A stretch of 55,982 nucleotides of DNA from Phycisphaera mikurensis (lineage in GTDB: Bacteria; Planctomycetota; Phycisphaerae; WQYP01), in NCBI GenBank assembly GCA_022730455.1, contig DZDI01000004.1, positions 1 to 55,982 of the forward strand. Direction: 5' to 3'. The notes beneath the pieces are model-generated. The model saw only the letters and a list, made by a program, of their open reading frames with translations, had not been told where the DNA came from and did no database searches. Shown here piece after piece: positions 20,039 through 30,355 of the stretch. The position numbers and the translations under genes are program-made. Within the stretch, counting starts at the first letter, position 1, and each line of letters opens with the position of its first letter.

Positions 20039-20524
20039 ATGTCAACGACCGGCCAAAGTTTGGACAACGTCGAGCAAACGGGCATCATACTGGTGGACCA
20101 TGGCAGCCGATTGGCAGCCGCCAATGACATGCTCAGCGAGGTGGCGGAGAGATTTCGCCGCCGGTCGGGTTACAAAATTGTTGAGCCCGCACATATGGAG
20201 TTAGCTCAGCCGAGCATCCCGCAGGCATTTGAGGCGTGCGTTCGACAAGGTGCAAGGCGGGTCATCGTACACCCCTATTTTCTGTCGCCCGGTCGGCATA
20301 GCACTACAGACATCCCGCGGATGGTGTCAGAGGCGGCGGCAGCATACCCGGCGGTAGTCTGTAATGTTACCCAGCCGCTGGGTTTAGATGACGAAATTTC
20401 CCGTATTATTCTCAATCGCATCCACGGGTGCGAACGTAATGACTACACTTGTGATCTGTGTGCACCCCGAGGCGGCTGTTTGGTAAAACCCTTGGCAGCG
20501 GCCAATGTATCGACTGGTGCGTAG
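20039..20524 (+). CDS. CbiX/SirB-type sirohydrochlorin chelatase (single domain)
   Basis: LVDHGSR, AHMELAQPSI, PYFLSPGRH; short Cys-containing tail. Confidence 0.88.
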   Translation: MSTTGQSLDNVEQTGIILVDHGSRLAAANDMLSEVAERFRRRSGYKIVEPAHMELAQPSIPQAFEACVRQGARRVIVHPYFLSPGRHSTTDIPRMVSEAAAAYPAVVCNVTQPLGLDDEISRIILNRIHGCERNDYTCDLCAPRGGCLVKPLAAANVSTGA

Positions 20525-20663
20525 TCATCGGGCTATGAGCTTGAGCGACACGAGGTTAAGACATCCCCTTTAGATTTGCGCACCAATCACTGTTGACGCA
20601 CAGCAACTTCGATTTTGCGGTAATATAAGCGCCTGAAGGGTATTGTATAAGCGATGAACAGCG

Positions 20664-21161
20664 GTGCGATGTCCATATTGTCATAGCGAAAACGATGACC
20701 GCGTGATTGATTCACGACCGGCGGAGGGAGGCGAAGCCATCCGGCGACGGAGGGCCTGCCAGCAGTGCGGACGCCGATATACCACCTATGAACGTGTGGA
20801 GGAAGCCGTCCGCATTACAGTGGTGAAAAAAGACGGAACCCGAGTTCCATACGATCGCAATAAGGTTCTGGATGGCATCCAGCGGGCTTGTTATAAGCGT
20901 CCCGTGCCGGCACCAGCCATTTCCAGCATGGTAGACTCGGTGGAGGAGCAGATTCAGCGCCTTTTTGACCGCGAGGTACCAAGTTCAGCCATTGGGGAGT
21001 TGGTGATGAAAGCGCTGCGGGCTACGGACGCGATCGCATTTGTGCGCTTTGCATCGGTGTACCGGGAATTTCGTGATCTGGGGGAGCTGGCTCTGGAGGT
21101 GCAAAGCGTGATGGAAGATGATAAAAAAGATACAAGGCAGCCGGAACTTTTCCAGCCGTGA
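20664..21161 (+). CDS. nrdR: Transcriptional repressor NrdR
   Basis: CPYC...IRRRRACQQCGRRYTTYE, ATP-cone, AFVRFASVYREF. Confidence 0.97.
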   Translation: MRCPYCHSENDDRVIDSRPAEGGEAIRRRRACQQCGRRYTTYERVEEAVRITVVKKDGTRVPYDRNKVLDGIQRACYKRPVPAPAISSMVDSVEEQIQRLFDREVPSSAIGELVMKALRATDAIAFVRFASVYREFRDLGELALEVQSVMEDDKKDTRQPELFQP

Positions 21162-23158
21162 TCAATAGACGCGCGGCGAAGATTTTGTGGTCAATGACCA
21201 ATAATGAGGTTATGCTCGGCGGCAATGGAACAGTTGGATCGCCAGATGGGGTGTGCAAGCGGATGAGATCAACAGAGTTAAGACGCTGCGGAAAAATATT
21301 GAGCGCCGCGGCTGGATTATTGTGTTTAAGCATTTTGGCTGGTTGTTCACAGGGGCCAAGCTCTTCCAATCCTCCCATTGCTGCCCAGGATCGGGTACCG
21401 CTGCCATCGGTTTATCCCGCATTGCGCGGAACGGTGGGTCAGTACGCGGGATTGGGATACACCGGTCCGATTGTGGTACGTGGATGGGGTTTGGTCGCAG
21501 GCTTGCCGAATACGGGCAGCGGTCAGATGCCGCCTCCAATCCGCAAGCTGATGCTGAACCGACTCTTAAGGGCGGGCATTGGTTTTTACACCCGTGGCAC
21601 GGGCGATATAGACCCTAACCAGATATTGAATAGTAAACAGGTGGCAGCCGTCGCCGTTGAGGGAGCAATTCCTCCATTGGCGACACAGGGCACTTCATTC
21701 GACGTGTACCTCAAAGCGCTGCCGAATACCGGCACAACCAATCTTGAAAATGGATTGCTGTGGCCGGTTGGTCTCCGGGTGCATATCCGACTGGCGGATC
21801 AAAGCGACGTTGTGGCGCGGGCGCGAGGCCCGGTTTTTTGTAATCCGTTCACATCCAAAGGCACACTCAAACCGGCCAATGCCATTGTGCGTAACGGACG
21901 GGTCATCGGCGGGGCCATGGTATTACACAGCGTTCCTGCCGTACTGGAGCTGTATACTCCGTCATACCGCATCACTGATTTAATTCAACGGGTGATCAAT
22001 CAGCATTATGGCAATTATCCGGCGGTGGCCACCGCCGAAAATGACCAGGTGGTCAAAGTGCGGATCCTTCACCGCTATCGCCATTATCCTATGCGGTTTA
22101 TTCGCCGCATAATGGAGTTATATCTTGCCGGTAATGTGCCAGGATTTAACGCCCATCAGGCACAGGTGATTATCCGATCTCTGCGCGATCCAGCCGCGCC
22201 ACATGCCGCGTTGGGTGTAGCACTGGAGCAGTTGGGCGAGCCGATTATTCCAATATTAAATAAACACTACAACTCGTCCAATCCGGCCGTCGCCTATTAC
22301 TGCCTGCAAGCCGGGGCCAGACTTGGCGACAGTGACGCCATCACCGACATAAGTAAAATTGCACTCGATACGACCAGTCCGTTTGAACGCAAAGCCATCT
22401 ACACGCTGAGCCATTGCCATGACCGCTTTCTGGCGGGTGTCACGTTCCGAAAACTGCTGCGATCAGCATCGCGCAAGGTGCAGATCATGGCATACAAGGC
22501 CCTTTTGACAATCCACTCGTCGATTGTCTATTCACAGGAAATAAGCCAGAAATTTATCATGGATATTGTGCCCGGCCATCAGAGGTGCACCATTTATGTC
22601 ACCACCCATCGAATCCCGCGCATTGCCTTTTTGGGGCGTATACCGTCGCTTGCGCCCGGAGCGCTTTACATCAGCCCGCGCGACGCTTTAACGGTTAATT
22701 ATCTGCCGGCCAAAACGAAGACGGCGAACGACAAAAAAACCGCCCCGCCGAAAGAACCCGTGACCTTGTATTACCGCAGTCCACTAACCGGCCAGACGGT
22801 TTCCATGAAATGTGGAGCTGCACTGCCATCGATTTTGGCGACGCTCGCGGGAGCGCCCAATCCATTTGCGAAACACTTCAATCCACATCAGCCCTTCATC
22901 GGGGCATCTTACCAACGCGTGGTGGAGATGCTCTACACGTTGTGCCATTCCGGCCAGGTCGATGCTGACTTTCATATGGAAACCATCTCGGGCAAGAATC
23001 GATTGCTGATGGCGACCCTGAATCGGCCACGGCCCAGCCGCAGTACAATGACCCCATCGGCGAAGAAAGGACTGGCAACGCAGCCGTCCTCAACACCGTT
23101 TAGCACCCGACTGCCGGGTGAATTGCCCGCCGGAGCACAAAATTCGCCGAGCCACTGA
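21158..23158 (+). CDS. FlgI (P-ring)-like lipoprotein with HEAT repeats, planctomycete type
   Basis: Lipobox ILAGC; VRGWGLVAGLPNTGS FlgI-like motif; helical repeats; true start may lie downstream. Confidence 0.75.
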   Translation: MINRRAAKILWSMTNNEVMLGGNGTVGSPDGVCKRMRSTELRRCGKILSAAAGLLCLSILAGCSQGPSSSNPPIAAQDRVPLPSVYPALRGTVGQYAGLGYTGPIVVRGWGLVAGLPNTGSGQMPPPIRKLMLNRLLRAGIGFYTRGTGDIDPNQILNSKQVAAVAVEGAIPPLATQGTSFDVYLKALPNTGTTNLENGLLWPVGLRVHIRLADQSDVVARARGPVFCNPFTSKGTLKPANAIVRNGRVIGGAMVLHSVPAVLELYTPSYRITDLIQRVINQHYGNYPAVATAENDQVVKVRILHRYRHYPMRFIRRIMELYLAGNVPGFNAHQAQVIIRSLRDPAAPHAALGVALEQLGEPIIPILNKHYNSSNPAVAYYCLQAGARLGDSDAITDISKIALDTTSPFERKAIYTLSHCHDRFLAGVTFRKLLRSASRKVQIMAYKALLTIHSSIVYSQEISQKFIMDIVPGHQRCTIYVTTHRIPRIAFLGRIPSLAPGALYISPRDALTVNYLPAKTKTANDKKTAPPKEPVTLYYRSPLTGQTVSMKCGAALPSILATLAGAPNPFAKHFNPHQPFIGASYQRVVEMLYTLCHSGQVDADFHMETISGKNRLLMATLNRPRPSRSTMTPSAKKGLATQPSSTPFSTRLPGELPAGAQNSPSH

Positions 23159-23257
23159 GCCATGCTGGCGGCTGGGAGAAATAAGCGCCCGGAGTCCGTC
23201 CCAATAACAGCAGGGCTACGATTATCTGGACAGCGTCCTGCGACAGCGCCCGGCCAA

Positions 23258-24673
23258 TTAGACGTTGGCACGTTGTTTGCGAAGATCGGCCAAGCGTTGG
23301 CGGGCGTCGCGAAAATTGAAATCCCACTGGGTGATCCTGCTGTATATTTTTTCTGCTTCCGGTCCTTGGCCGGTCAATTCGTAAGCCCTCGCCAACCAAT
23401 AGTGCATTTCTTTACTGCGGCTGTCACCGGTAGATGCCGATTCATAACTTTCAATCGCTCGTTGCAGGGTTTCAACGGCTTCCAAGTGCATGCCTTGGTC
23501 TAAAAAGGCCCGGCCCAGCAGTTGAAGCGCATCAGCGCGATGTTTGGGACTTGCCTGGGCCTGTTGTAGCACACCAATCGCCTCTTCCGAGCGGTGAGCA
23601 CGGTAGAGGCGCAGGCCATATTCATAGGCAATATTGGCATCGGAAGGAAAATTTTTCATTCTTTCAGCAAATTCATCAACTTCAAATGCGAGTTTTTGCG
23701 CATCGAACTCAACAACTCTTTTTGCGAGATCTTTGTCATCTGGATGGGCTTTTAGTTGGTCATTCAGGTCGCGTAAATCGCGCCGAAACTTGCGAATGCG
23801 TACATCCCCTTGCAGCAGCTTGTATCGGTAGGTGCGAGTCTCTTTATGTGCCCGCTCCAACACGTCTATGGCTTCCTGATCGCTTTCGTCAGACTCCACA
23901 TCCAGCAGGGCCTTGATCAACTTAGCAATGTTTTGGGCGTCGAGTGGATTTTCCTCCCATTCTTCGCGAGCATCCTCCACCATTTTGATCCGAAATTCTT
24001 CGGTTTTGTTGAGCGCATCTTTCTGCAATAATTCCTTGGTCTCGTCCTTGTTGGCCAGCGACTCCTTGAAGTCGGGCACTGCTTCGTAGCCACCACGTTT
24101 GAGGGTTTCACGCGTACCCAGATCTTTAATGCGCTGATCCAGCGATGGATCGTTGGGGGTTAATGCATAGGCCAACTGGACGGCTTCGCCCGCTTTGGCA
24201 AAGTTCTCCATCTGCTCAAAATAGTCTGCCATCTCCAAGAACTGTCTGGGGTTCGGTGTTTTGCCGGTACCGATGCCTTGGAGCACAACGGGACCAAACC
24301 ACATGACCACTTCCCGATAACCGGCGAGAGCGGCATGTTTCATCATGTTAAGCATGTGGCTGATGTTGCCGGGGTCTTTAGCGAGAAGATATTCCGCATT
24401 AAGCATTTGTTCTTTTGGAGACTTACCCGAGAAGTAAGGCTTGGCGCCCAGAAATCCTCCGGCAGGCTTGCCACCACTTACTTTACGGCGTAATGATACA
24501 TCGCGGAGTGCCTTATGTTCGTCGATGTTTTCCGGTTCCCGCAGGAGACCCTGCACGTACATATCCAAGGCATAGTCGTAATTACCAGTGTCCGCAACGG
24601 TTTTGGCGCGGTCAAAAAAAGACTTTCCCTTACCCGGGCCTTCTGTAACAACAGTCTCTTGTGATTTGACCAT
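23258..24673 (-). CDS. Tetratricopeptide repeat protein
   Basis: Repeated TPR-like helices; C-terminal YWLARAYE...YSRITQWDFNFRDA. Confidence 0.8.
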   Translation of the reverse strand: MVKSQETVVTEGPGKGKSFFDRAKTVADTGNYDYALDMYVQGLLREPENIDEHKALRDVSLRRKVSGGKPAGGFLGAKPYFSGKSPKEQMLNAEYLLAKDPGNISHMLNMMKHAALAGYREVVMWFGPVVLQGIGTGKTPNPRQFLEMADYFEQMENFAKAGEAVQLAYALTPNDPSLDQRIKDLGTRETLKRGGYEAVPDFKESLANKDETKELLQKDALNKTEEFRIKMVEDAREEWEENPLDAQNIAKLIKALLDVESDESDQEAIDVLERAHKETRTYRYKLLQGDVRIRKFRRDLRDLNDQLKAHPDDKDLAKRVVEFDAQKLAFEVDEFAERMKNFPSDANIAYEYGLRLYRAHRSEEAIGVLQQAQASPKHRADALQLLGRAFLDQGMHLEAVETLQRAIESYESASTGDSRSKEMHYWLARAYELTGQGPEAEKIYSRITQWDFNFRDARQRLADLRKQRANV

Positions 24674-25063
24674 CTCAATTTCCGAAACGCCTAACAACCG
24701 CCAGCCAAAATTATACTGGCCCCGCCGCCGAATATTGCTGCCGCGCCTCGTGAGTATACACGCTCCAACTCACTAAAGACGCCCAAGCCCCACGCCAATT
24801 CGCCATCTATTAACAAACTTAACCGACTACGGGTGATAGTCAACTCCGTATGGTCTTAGTCGCAGATAGACGAGTAGCCGGCATCACCAGCTACCCGCGA
24901 CCCCACGCCATATTCGCCCAGCCATCCGGGATGCCGTCGGAATGCTCGCCCCTCGGACCACTGTCACGAATGGGATGAGTCAAACGACCAGCGGCACGAC
25001 CGCGCTATTCAAGCCTCTGATCTCGATCTGAACCATGGGTCACCGTACGATGCCTACCGATTC

Positions 25064-27100
25064 TTAATCAATGTCTGGGTGCGGTTCTCCAACTTTAAGC
25101 ATCAGAGCGCTGTGCGGCTTAAGTGATGCAGAAAACTGGGCGTGCCGCCCCAAGTCTTTCCGCCGCCATAAATCCCGTACCGTGACTCGACCCATGGGTG
25201 GTTTAACGCCCGGCATAACGACCGGCTGTACCATGCTCCACGACGGTATCTTGATTTCCTGATTCATCAAACCTAAGTTATAAATGGACACTGCCACGGT
25301 GCCGTCAAACAATGGCCTCGCCCAAACTTCCATCGATCCCTTCCGATAGACACGCTGGGCCTGCTTGCCAAGTTCATCCTGATTGACCGCCAATACCTCG
25401 GTGTTGGTCATCAGGTCGGTGGTGAATTTATCTAATATCGTCAGGTCACAACCGAGCAGCAATGGGGCTGCCAGCATGCACCAATGCGTGATGTGGGTAA
25501 CCTGCTCATTAGGTGTGAGATGCGTAGGATGTGGCGGTCCATCTTCAAATGATCCCACGCCAACCACCAGCATATCAGGATCATTCCACCGCCCCGGCGC
25601 CGAAAATGGAAACAGTGGCCCATCGGCCAGGAAGCCGTTGTTCATGACGGCCTCCCACGAATCATTTATGTCGCCACTGATACGGTAACTGTTGCCGTAA
25701 ACCGGGTATAGCCCACCCCACGTCCAAACGTGTCCCATCCCATACTGGCATAGGCTAAAAAATATATCTCGATCGGAGGACCGCAAAGCCCGCCCCATCT
25801 CGCGGTAGGGCTTGATGTACTGCTCCAGATCCGGGTGGGGCGGAACCTTTGCTCCATAGCTGCACCAATCATACTTGAGGTAATCCACGCCCCATTTGGC
25901 ATAGGTGTCGGCATCCTGCTGAACATGGCCGAAGCTACCGGTATGGCCTCCGCAGGTCGTCGGGCCAGGAGATGAATAAACCCCAAACCGCAGACCCCGC
26001 GAATGAATATGGTCTGCCAATTTACTCATGCTGGGGAACTTGCTGGTTGTTCGAATCGTGCCGTCTGCGCGGCGTCCATTCTGCCAACCGTCATCCATAT
26101 TGACATACATAAACCCCTTCGCAGCCAGGCCGCTGGAAACCATCGCGTCTGCTGCGGCCATGGTGAGTTTTTCAGAATTATCCATCCCATAGGCGTTCCA
26201 CGAATTCCATCCCATTGCAGGGGTGCGAGCCAGCATATGCTTACCGGCTATGATCTTCAGCGTCCGCTTCGCCGAACCATGCGAATTGACCGCCGTCAGC
26301 TTTACTCGGTATTCCCCCGCCTGTTTCACCTGGCCGGAAATAAAACCGCGATCATCCAGCGACAACCCATCCGGCAAACCAACCGCCTTAATTTGCACCG
26401 GCTCGACTCCCGTGTGGGGGACGGCAAAAAGAAAATCTTTACCCGGACTGCAACCCACCACACGCGGCCCATGGAATTCCGGATAGTCAGGGTTACCGCT
26501 GGCGATATCAGGAATCGAGCGGTCGATCAGATCGTCTGACGCAACGGGTAGCTTTTTCGCGTTGGGCTCCATGTAAATGACCGGTTCGATCCAATCGGCA
26601 TGGTCATAATTTATGGTCGGACCGGCGGGTTCGACCACCAACGTCATATTTTTAGCACCTCGAAGATCAGCGGTGAGTTTGTGGGCGGCGGTGTTACCTT
26701 TCATCACCGGAGATTCGGCGACTTTTTTGCCATCAACATAGACGGAAAAACGCACGGCACCGGTTTGTGAGGCCTCATTGATACCGCAAAGTGATGAAAA
26801 ACGCCGGGCACCGCCAAAAAGCTTAATCTGGAAGTAACTGGCCGCATGGGTGCCAATTCCGCGGCGGTAGGTAACCCCGGCGACCCGCAAAGGATGCCCG
26901 CCGACGCTTTCATTCTTGTGTGGAGAACCCCATCCTTGCGTGATGAATGAAATTTGCAGGTCCTCCAAATGGACGACAGCCGCACGGCGCGGCGCCGCCG
27001 TAGCCGAATTCGCAGCCGCCGCAGCGCTGGCGATCGATGCCCCCAGCGCCAGATGCATAACGTCTCGCCTCGTCAAGGGATGAGATGGTTTTCTCGCCAT
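25064..27100 (-). CDS. Tat-exported GH27 alpha-galactosidase with NPCBM and Ig-like domains
   Basis: TRRDVM Tat signal, GIGTHA/DHADW (NPCBM), TPAMGWNSWN, NMDDGW, DYLKYDWC, WNDPDML. Confidence 0.93.
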   Translation of the reverse strand: MARKPSHPLTRRDVMHLALGASIASAAAAANSATAAPRRAAVVHLEDLQISFITQGWGSPHKNESVGGHPLRVAGVTYRRGIGTHAASYFQIKLFGGARRFSSLCGINEASQTGAVRFSVYVDGKKVAESPVMKGNTAAHKLTADLRGAKNMTLVVEPAGPTINYDHADWIEPVIYMEPNAKKLPVASDDLIDRSIPDIASGNPDYPEFHGPRVVGCSPGKDFLFAVPHTGVEPVQIKAVGLPDGLSLDDRGFISGQVKQAGEYRVKLTAVNSHGSAKRTLKIIAGKHMLARTPAMGWNSWNAYGMDNSEKLTMAAADAMVSSGLAAKGFMYVNMDDGWQNGRRADGTIRTTSKFPSMSKLADHIHSRGLRFGVYSSPGPTTCGGHTGSFGHVQQDADTYAKWGVDYLKYDWCSYGAKVPPHPDLEQYIKPYREMGRALRSSDRDIFFSLCQYGMGHVWTWGGLYPVYGNSYRISGDINDSWEAVMNNGFLADGPLFPFSAPGRWNDPDMLVVGVGSFEDGPPHPTHLTPNEQVTHITHWCMLAAPLLLGCDLTILDKFTTDLMTNTEVLAVNQDELGKQAQRVYRKGSMEVWARPLFDGTVAVSIYNLGLMNQEIKIPSWSMVQPVVMPGVKPPMGRVTVRDLWRRKDLGRHAQFSASLKPHSALMLKVGEPHPDID

Positions 27101-27295
27101 GGTGACCTGTCTCCTTAAAAGGTTGTGCGAAATACGTAAATTTTCAATACCTCTCATCTTCCCTTACAATTGTACCGCATGCGAGAATAGCTCACGTCGA
27201 GAGATATTGTCAAATGACGTAGATCGACAATATCAGGCGGTCCGTTTTCAATGCCACGTTTGGTGATCGCGCCACCCCATTCGCCTGACACCATT

Positions 27296-28054
27296 CTAAG
27301 GGGATGTCGTTAGTTTGGGATGGTCCGCCGATGCCTGTCGAAGGAGATGAGCGATAAGCCCCGAATGCCCTGGTTCGGCGACAAATTCCAAACCTCCATC
27401 GTTTTGTAAATAAATGGTGTAAAGGATTCCGGGGCGGACGGGCTTGGCTACATACTGGCGCTGCACCACTTGGAGGCCAAGCGTTTTGGCGGCATGCCGC
27501 GATCGTATTAGCTTTTTGATCCTGTCCCAAAGCATAAGGGCAAACGGGTTGGGGGCACCTTGGCGTGGTTCAAGCACGCGCGGGACACCATCCTGGCTCA
27601 GCAGCGAAACGCCGTGGTCGGGAGCTTCTGTTTTGGAAAAGATATTGGTGAAGAACCCAATCGATTTGCCGCGCAGCACATCGCCGTCCTCTACAAATGA
27701 GTCAGCAAATTTAAGTACGTAACCTCCGATGTACGGTTCATCCCCGGGGATGATAATTTTTTTCAACGGCAGCGGAATCGGCTGCCCACTTTTAGAAAAG
27801 GTAAATTCACGCCATAAAATAGTGGTTTGCCCCACTCGACCGCGTCCGTTGACGGTCTGCCCATCCACCACCAGTTGGGCCTCGCGGGTTCGACCGGTAA
27901 GGCGCTTGATGACCGCTTTTAGTTCAGATTGTTCCTTTTTCAATGCGGCAATCTGCGCATCACGTGAGAAATAACGCTGGCTGAAATTGACGGCCAACGT
28001 GACAAATGTCGCTAGCACCACGATCCAGAAAATTCCGCGCCCCAATTTCATCAA
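27296..28054 (-). CDS. Hypothetical membrane-anchored protein
   Basis: N-terminal TM plus coiled coil; long ORF with GGTGG RBS; co-oriented with ptsI. Confidence 0.75.
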   Translation of the reverse strand: MMKLGRGIFWIVVLATFVTLAVNFSQRYFSRDAQIAALKKEQSELKAVIKRLTGRTREAQLVVDGQTVNGRGRVGQTTILWREFTFSKSGQPIPLPLKKIIIPGDEPYIGGYVLKFADSFVEDGDVLRGKSIGFFTNIFSKTEAPDHGVSLLSQDGVPRVLEPRQGAPNPFALMLWDRIKKLIRSRHAAKTLGLQVVQRQYVAKPVRPGILYTIYLQNDGGLEFVAEPGHSGLIAHLLRQASADHPKLTTSP

Positions 28055-28083
28055 ACCACCTTATGCCCATGGCCGCTGAATAA

Positions 28084-29664
28084 CTAACGAATCAGTGGTG
28101 CCGTTAATGCTTTAAGTCGATCGTGCCAGAGACGGGTCATTTTGACGAAGGTCGTAGGTACCCATTGAGAGCCGTCGCCTGCAATGTATTTCAACAGGCG
28201 ACCATGACTGGTAACCCACATTTTTGATTCGTACGGGTCCATAAGATCAGTCACCAGAAATGCGCGTTCCATCCGGCCGCCGACCGGTACGGTGGCATGC
28301 GATTGCACCGATAATATGCGTAAGGCAGGTCGCTGCCCTCTGCGATTGTACGACACCATCGCAAGCGGCTTACATTTACGCAGGTTCACCAGATGTGGCC
28401 AGAATAGTTTGAGAATCGGCGGCATAAATGCGGGCATCGCAGGCCGAAGGACAAAACGCACAGGCCGATTGGGCACTCCGGCCACAATGTGACTGATAGT
28501 CCGTACCACATGCACGTGCGTGCGGTAGATGTACCCGTCGGTTGGGTTACCGTGTGAATCAAGAATGGGAAAATAACCTGTGGTACTCTGCCCCACTTCC
28601 GTCACCCAGTGAGTATCGTAATTGGGATAAAGGGGGTGCAGTTTGACGAGGTGAGGCTTGCGCGTTTTGGGGTTGACGACAATGCGTTGCGCGTGAAGCT
28701 CGGCCACGATCGGATTGTTAAACGGGAGCATGGTCTCGACCGAATCCGTCCACAGTGAAACGTGGGTGGGTGGGCTTTGGGCTCCGGGCTGGTGCGTAAA
28801 CGCCCAAAAATATGTTTCCTTGTGAAAAATGTCGGTACCATTTTTCAGAAATACCCGACTGTTGACTGAGCAGAATACGCCATAAAGTCCATCACGTTTA
28901 CCGCGATAATTTTGGATGGCAACATAACCAAGCGGGTGGCCGTAGGCTTTAATTTGAAACAGGCGCGTGCCGAGATGAATCTTCTTGAGCAATTTTCCGG
29001 CGGATATGGTTTTGAGCCACAGTTTGGCCCGATGGACGGCCGCCAGACGTAATTTGGCCTCCTCCCGGATGTGAATGAATCGGAACGATTTAAGGACACG
29101 TGCGAACATGGTTTTTGCGCCGGTCTGCAAATCGCCGGGGCTGAAGAATGTGATTAGGAATATTTCCTTCGGGTTTTTTTCGATGAGCGCCTGTTGTCTC
29201 AAGATGGACACCGGATGTTTGTTGGAAACGGCCTGAAATCGGATGGTAAAGAGCACCGCTTTGTGACCGGAAATGACAGCGGGCTTCCGCACCAGAACCC
29301 GGACTTTTTTGTACGTCTGACGGTCGGCAGCCAGCGACTCTTTAACGATCTGTTTCAACTTGACCGGACTGGCAAAAAAGCTCTGGTGCACGATAAGCCC
29401 CCATCGCAATGGGGCGTAGGTGAAGCTGACAATATCGTTACCTTTGCGTGCGTAAACAACAGAATCGCGCGGTGAGCGAAGAATAAATCCATCGGCGTCA
29501 TCGCGCCAGGCAGGTGCCAGTTTGGTATCCAATCCCGCACAACGCGCTACCGGCGAAAAACAGAATGGCCCTGCGAGTATAAAAAGAATCAGACCGAACA
29601 ATAATTTATTTTTACTAAGACATTGGGAGGGACTGCGGTAGGTGGGATGGCTTTGTTTTAACAC
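28084..29664 (-). CDS. Hypothetical exported basic protein (PsbP-like N-terminal region possible)
   Basis: 526-aa ORF with signal-like hydrophobic segment, K/R/H-rich. Confidence 0.7.
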   Translation of the reverse strand: MLKQSHPTYRSPSQCLSKNKLLFGLILFILAGPFCFSPVARCAGLDTKLAPAWRDDADGFILRSPRDSVVYARKGNDIVSFTYAPLRWGLIVHQSFFASPVKLKQIVKESLAADRQTYKKVRVLVRKPAVISGHKAVLFTIRFQAVSNKHPVSILRQQALIEKNPKEIFLITFFSPGDLQTGAKTMFARVLKSFRFIHIREEAKLRLAAVHRAKLWLKTISAGKLLKKIHLGTRLFQIKAYGHPLGYVAIQNYRGKRDGLYGVFCSVNSRVFLKNGTDIFHKETYFWAFTHQPGAQSPPTHVSLWTDSVETMLPFNNPIVAELHAQRIVVNPKTRKPHLVKLHPLYPNYDTHWVTEVGQSTTGYFPILDSHGNPTDGYIYRTHVHVVRTISHIVAGVPNRPVRFVLRPAMPAFMPPILKLFWPHLVNLRKCKPLAMVSYNRRGQRPALRILSVQSHATVPVGGRMERAFLVTDLMDPYESKMWVTSHGRLLKYIAGDGSQWVPTTFVKMTRLWHDRLKALTAPLIR

Positions 29665-29741
29665 GCCTGGTATATCTCCGTGCTGAACATGGCGGGGCGA
29701 TCCGAGTCGCTGCCAATAACTCTTGGGTTTTATCTTTTACG

Positions 29742-30353
29742 CTATGGGTTCTGGTGCGCCAAGCGAGCGGCAACGCTCAAAAATATCTCCTTGTCGTAAA
29801 CCGACAGGCTATGCCCATATCCGAACACTACCACATGAAACCGTCCCCCACCGATAGATCGCGCCATAAGGAAGCGGATGCCATCAATCGGCGGCTTACC
29901 CGGTGCTGCGGCTGGAGTATGGGTCGCGACGCGATGACTTCGCCATATCAGCAGCGGTATACCCATAAAGCTCTCAATGGCTGGCTTGGGTGTTGCCCAT
30001 CCATGAGAATGGGGGAAGAGTTGGCGGATAAACGGGCTGGCGTGGACCGTGGTGGAACCAGAACCGACGATCGACTCTCTCGTCGCGTTGAAGAAAGCCA
30101 GCATAATGTGATGGTGCCCTGGTTGATGCCATATATAAGTGGCAGCATCCGACGGGAGGGCATTTGCAACGGGCAACCGAGTTGCCATCGCCCCGCTCGG
30201 CAGCAGAGTCTTATACCACGGCCCGCGCAGCGCACGCCGGTAAGCCATGGATCCTCTGGCGGCAAGTAAAGCGACCCCCAGCAATATAAGCATCAGTATG
30301 GCCAGTGCCTGGTTTCGGAAGGTCGGATTGGCTACATCAAAATAACGGGCCAC
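29742..30353 (-). CDS. Hypothetical membrane-anchored protein
   Basis: Starts 2 nt after the ptsI stop; N-terminal TM. Confidence 0.6.
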   Translation of the reverse strand: MARYFDVANPTFRNQALAILMLILLGVALLAARGSMAYRRALRGPWYKTLLPSGAMATRLPVANALPSDAATYIWHQPGHHHIMLAFFNATRESIVGSGSTTVHASPFIRQLFPHSHGWATPKPAIESFMGIPLLIWRSHRVATHTPAAAPGKPPIDGIRFLMARSIGGGRFHVVVFGYGHSLSVYDKEIFLSVAARLAHQNP

Positions 30354-30355
30354 AG

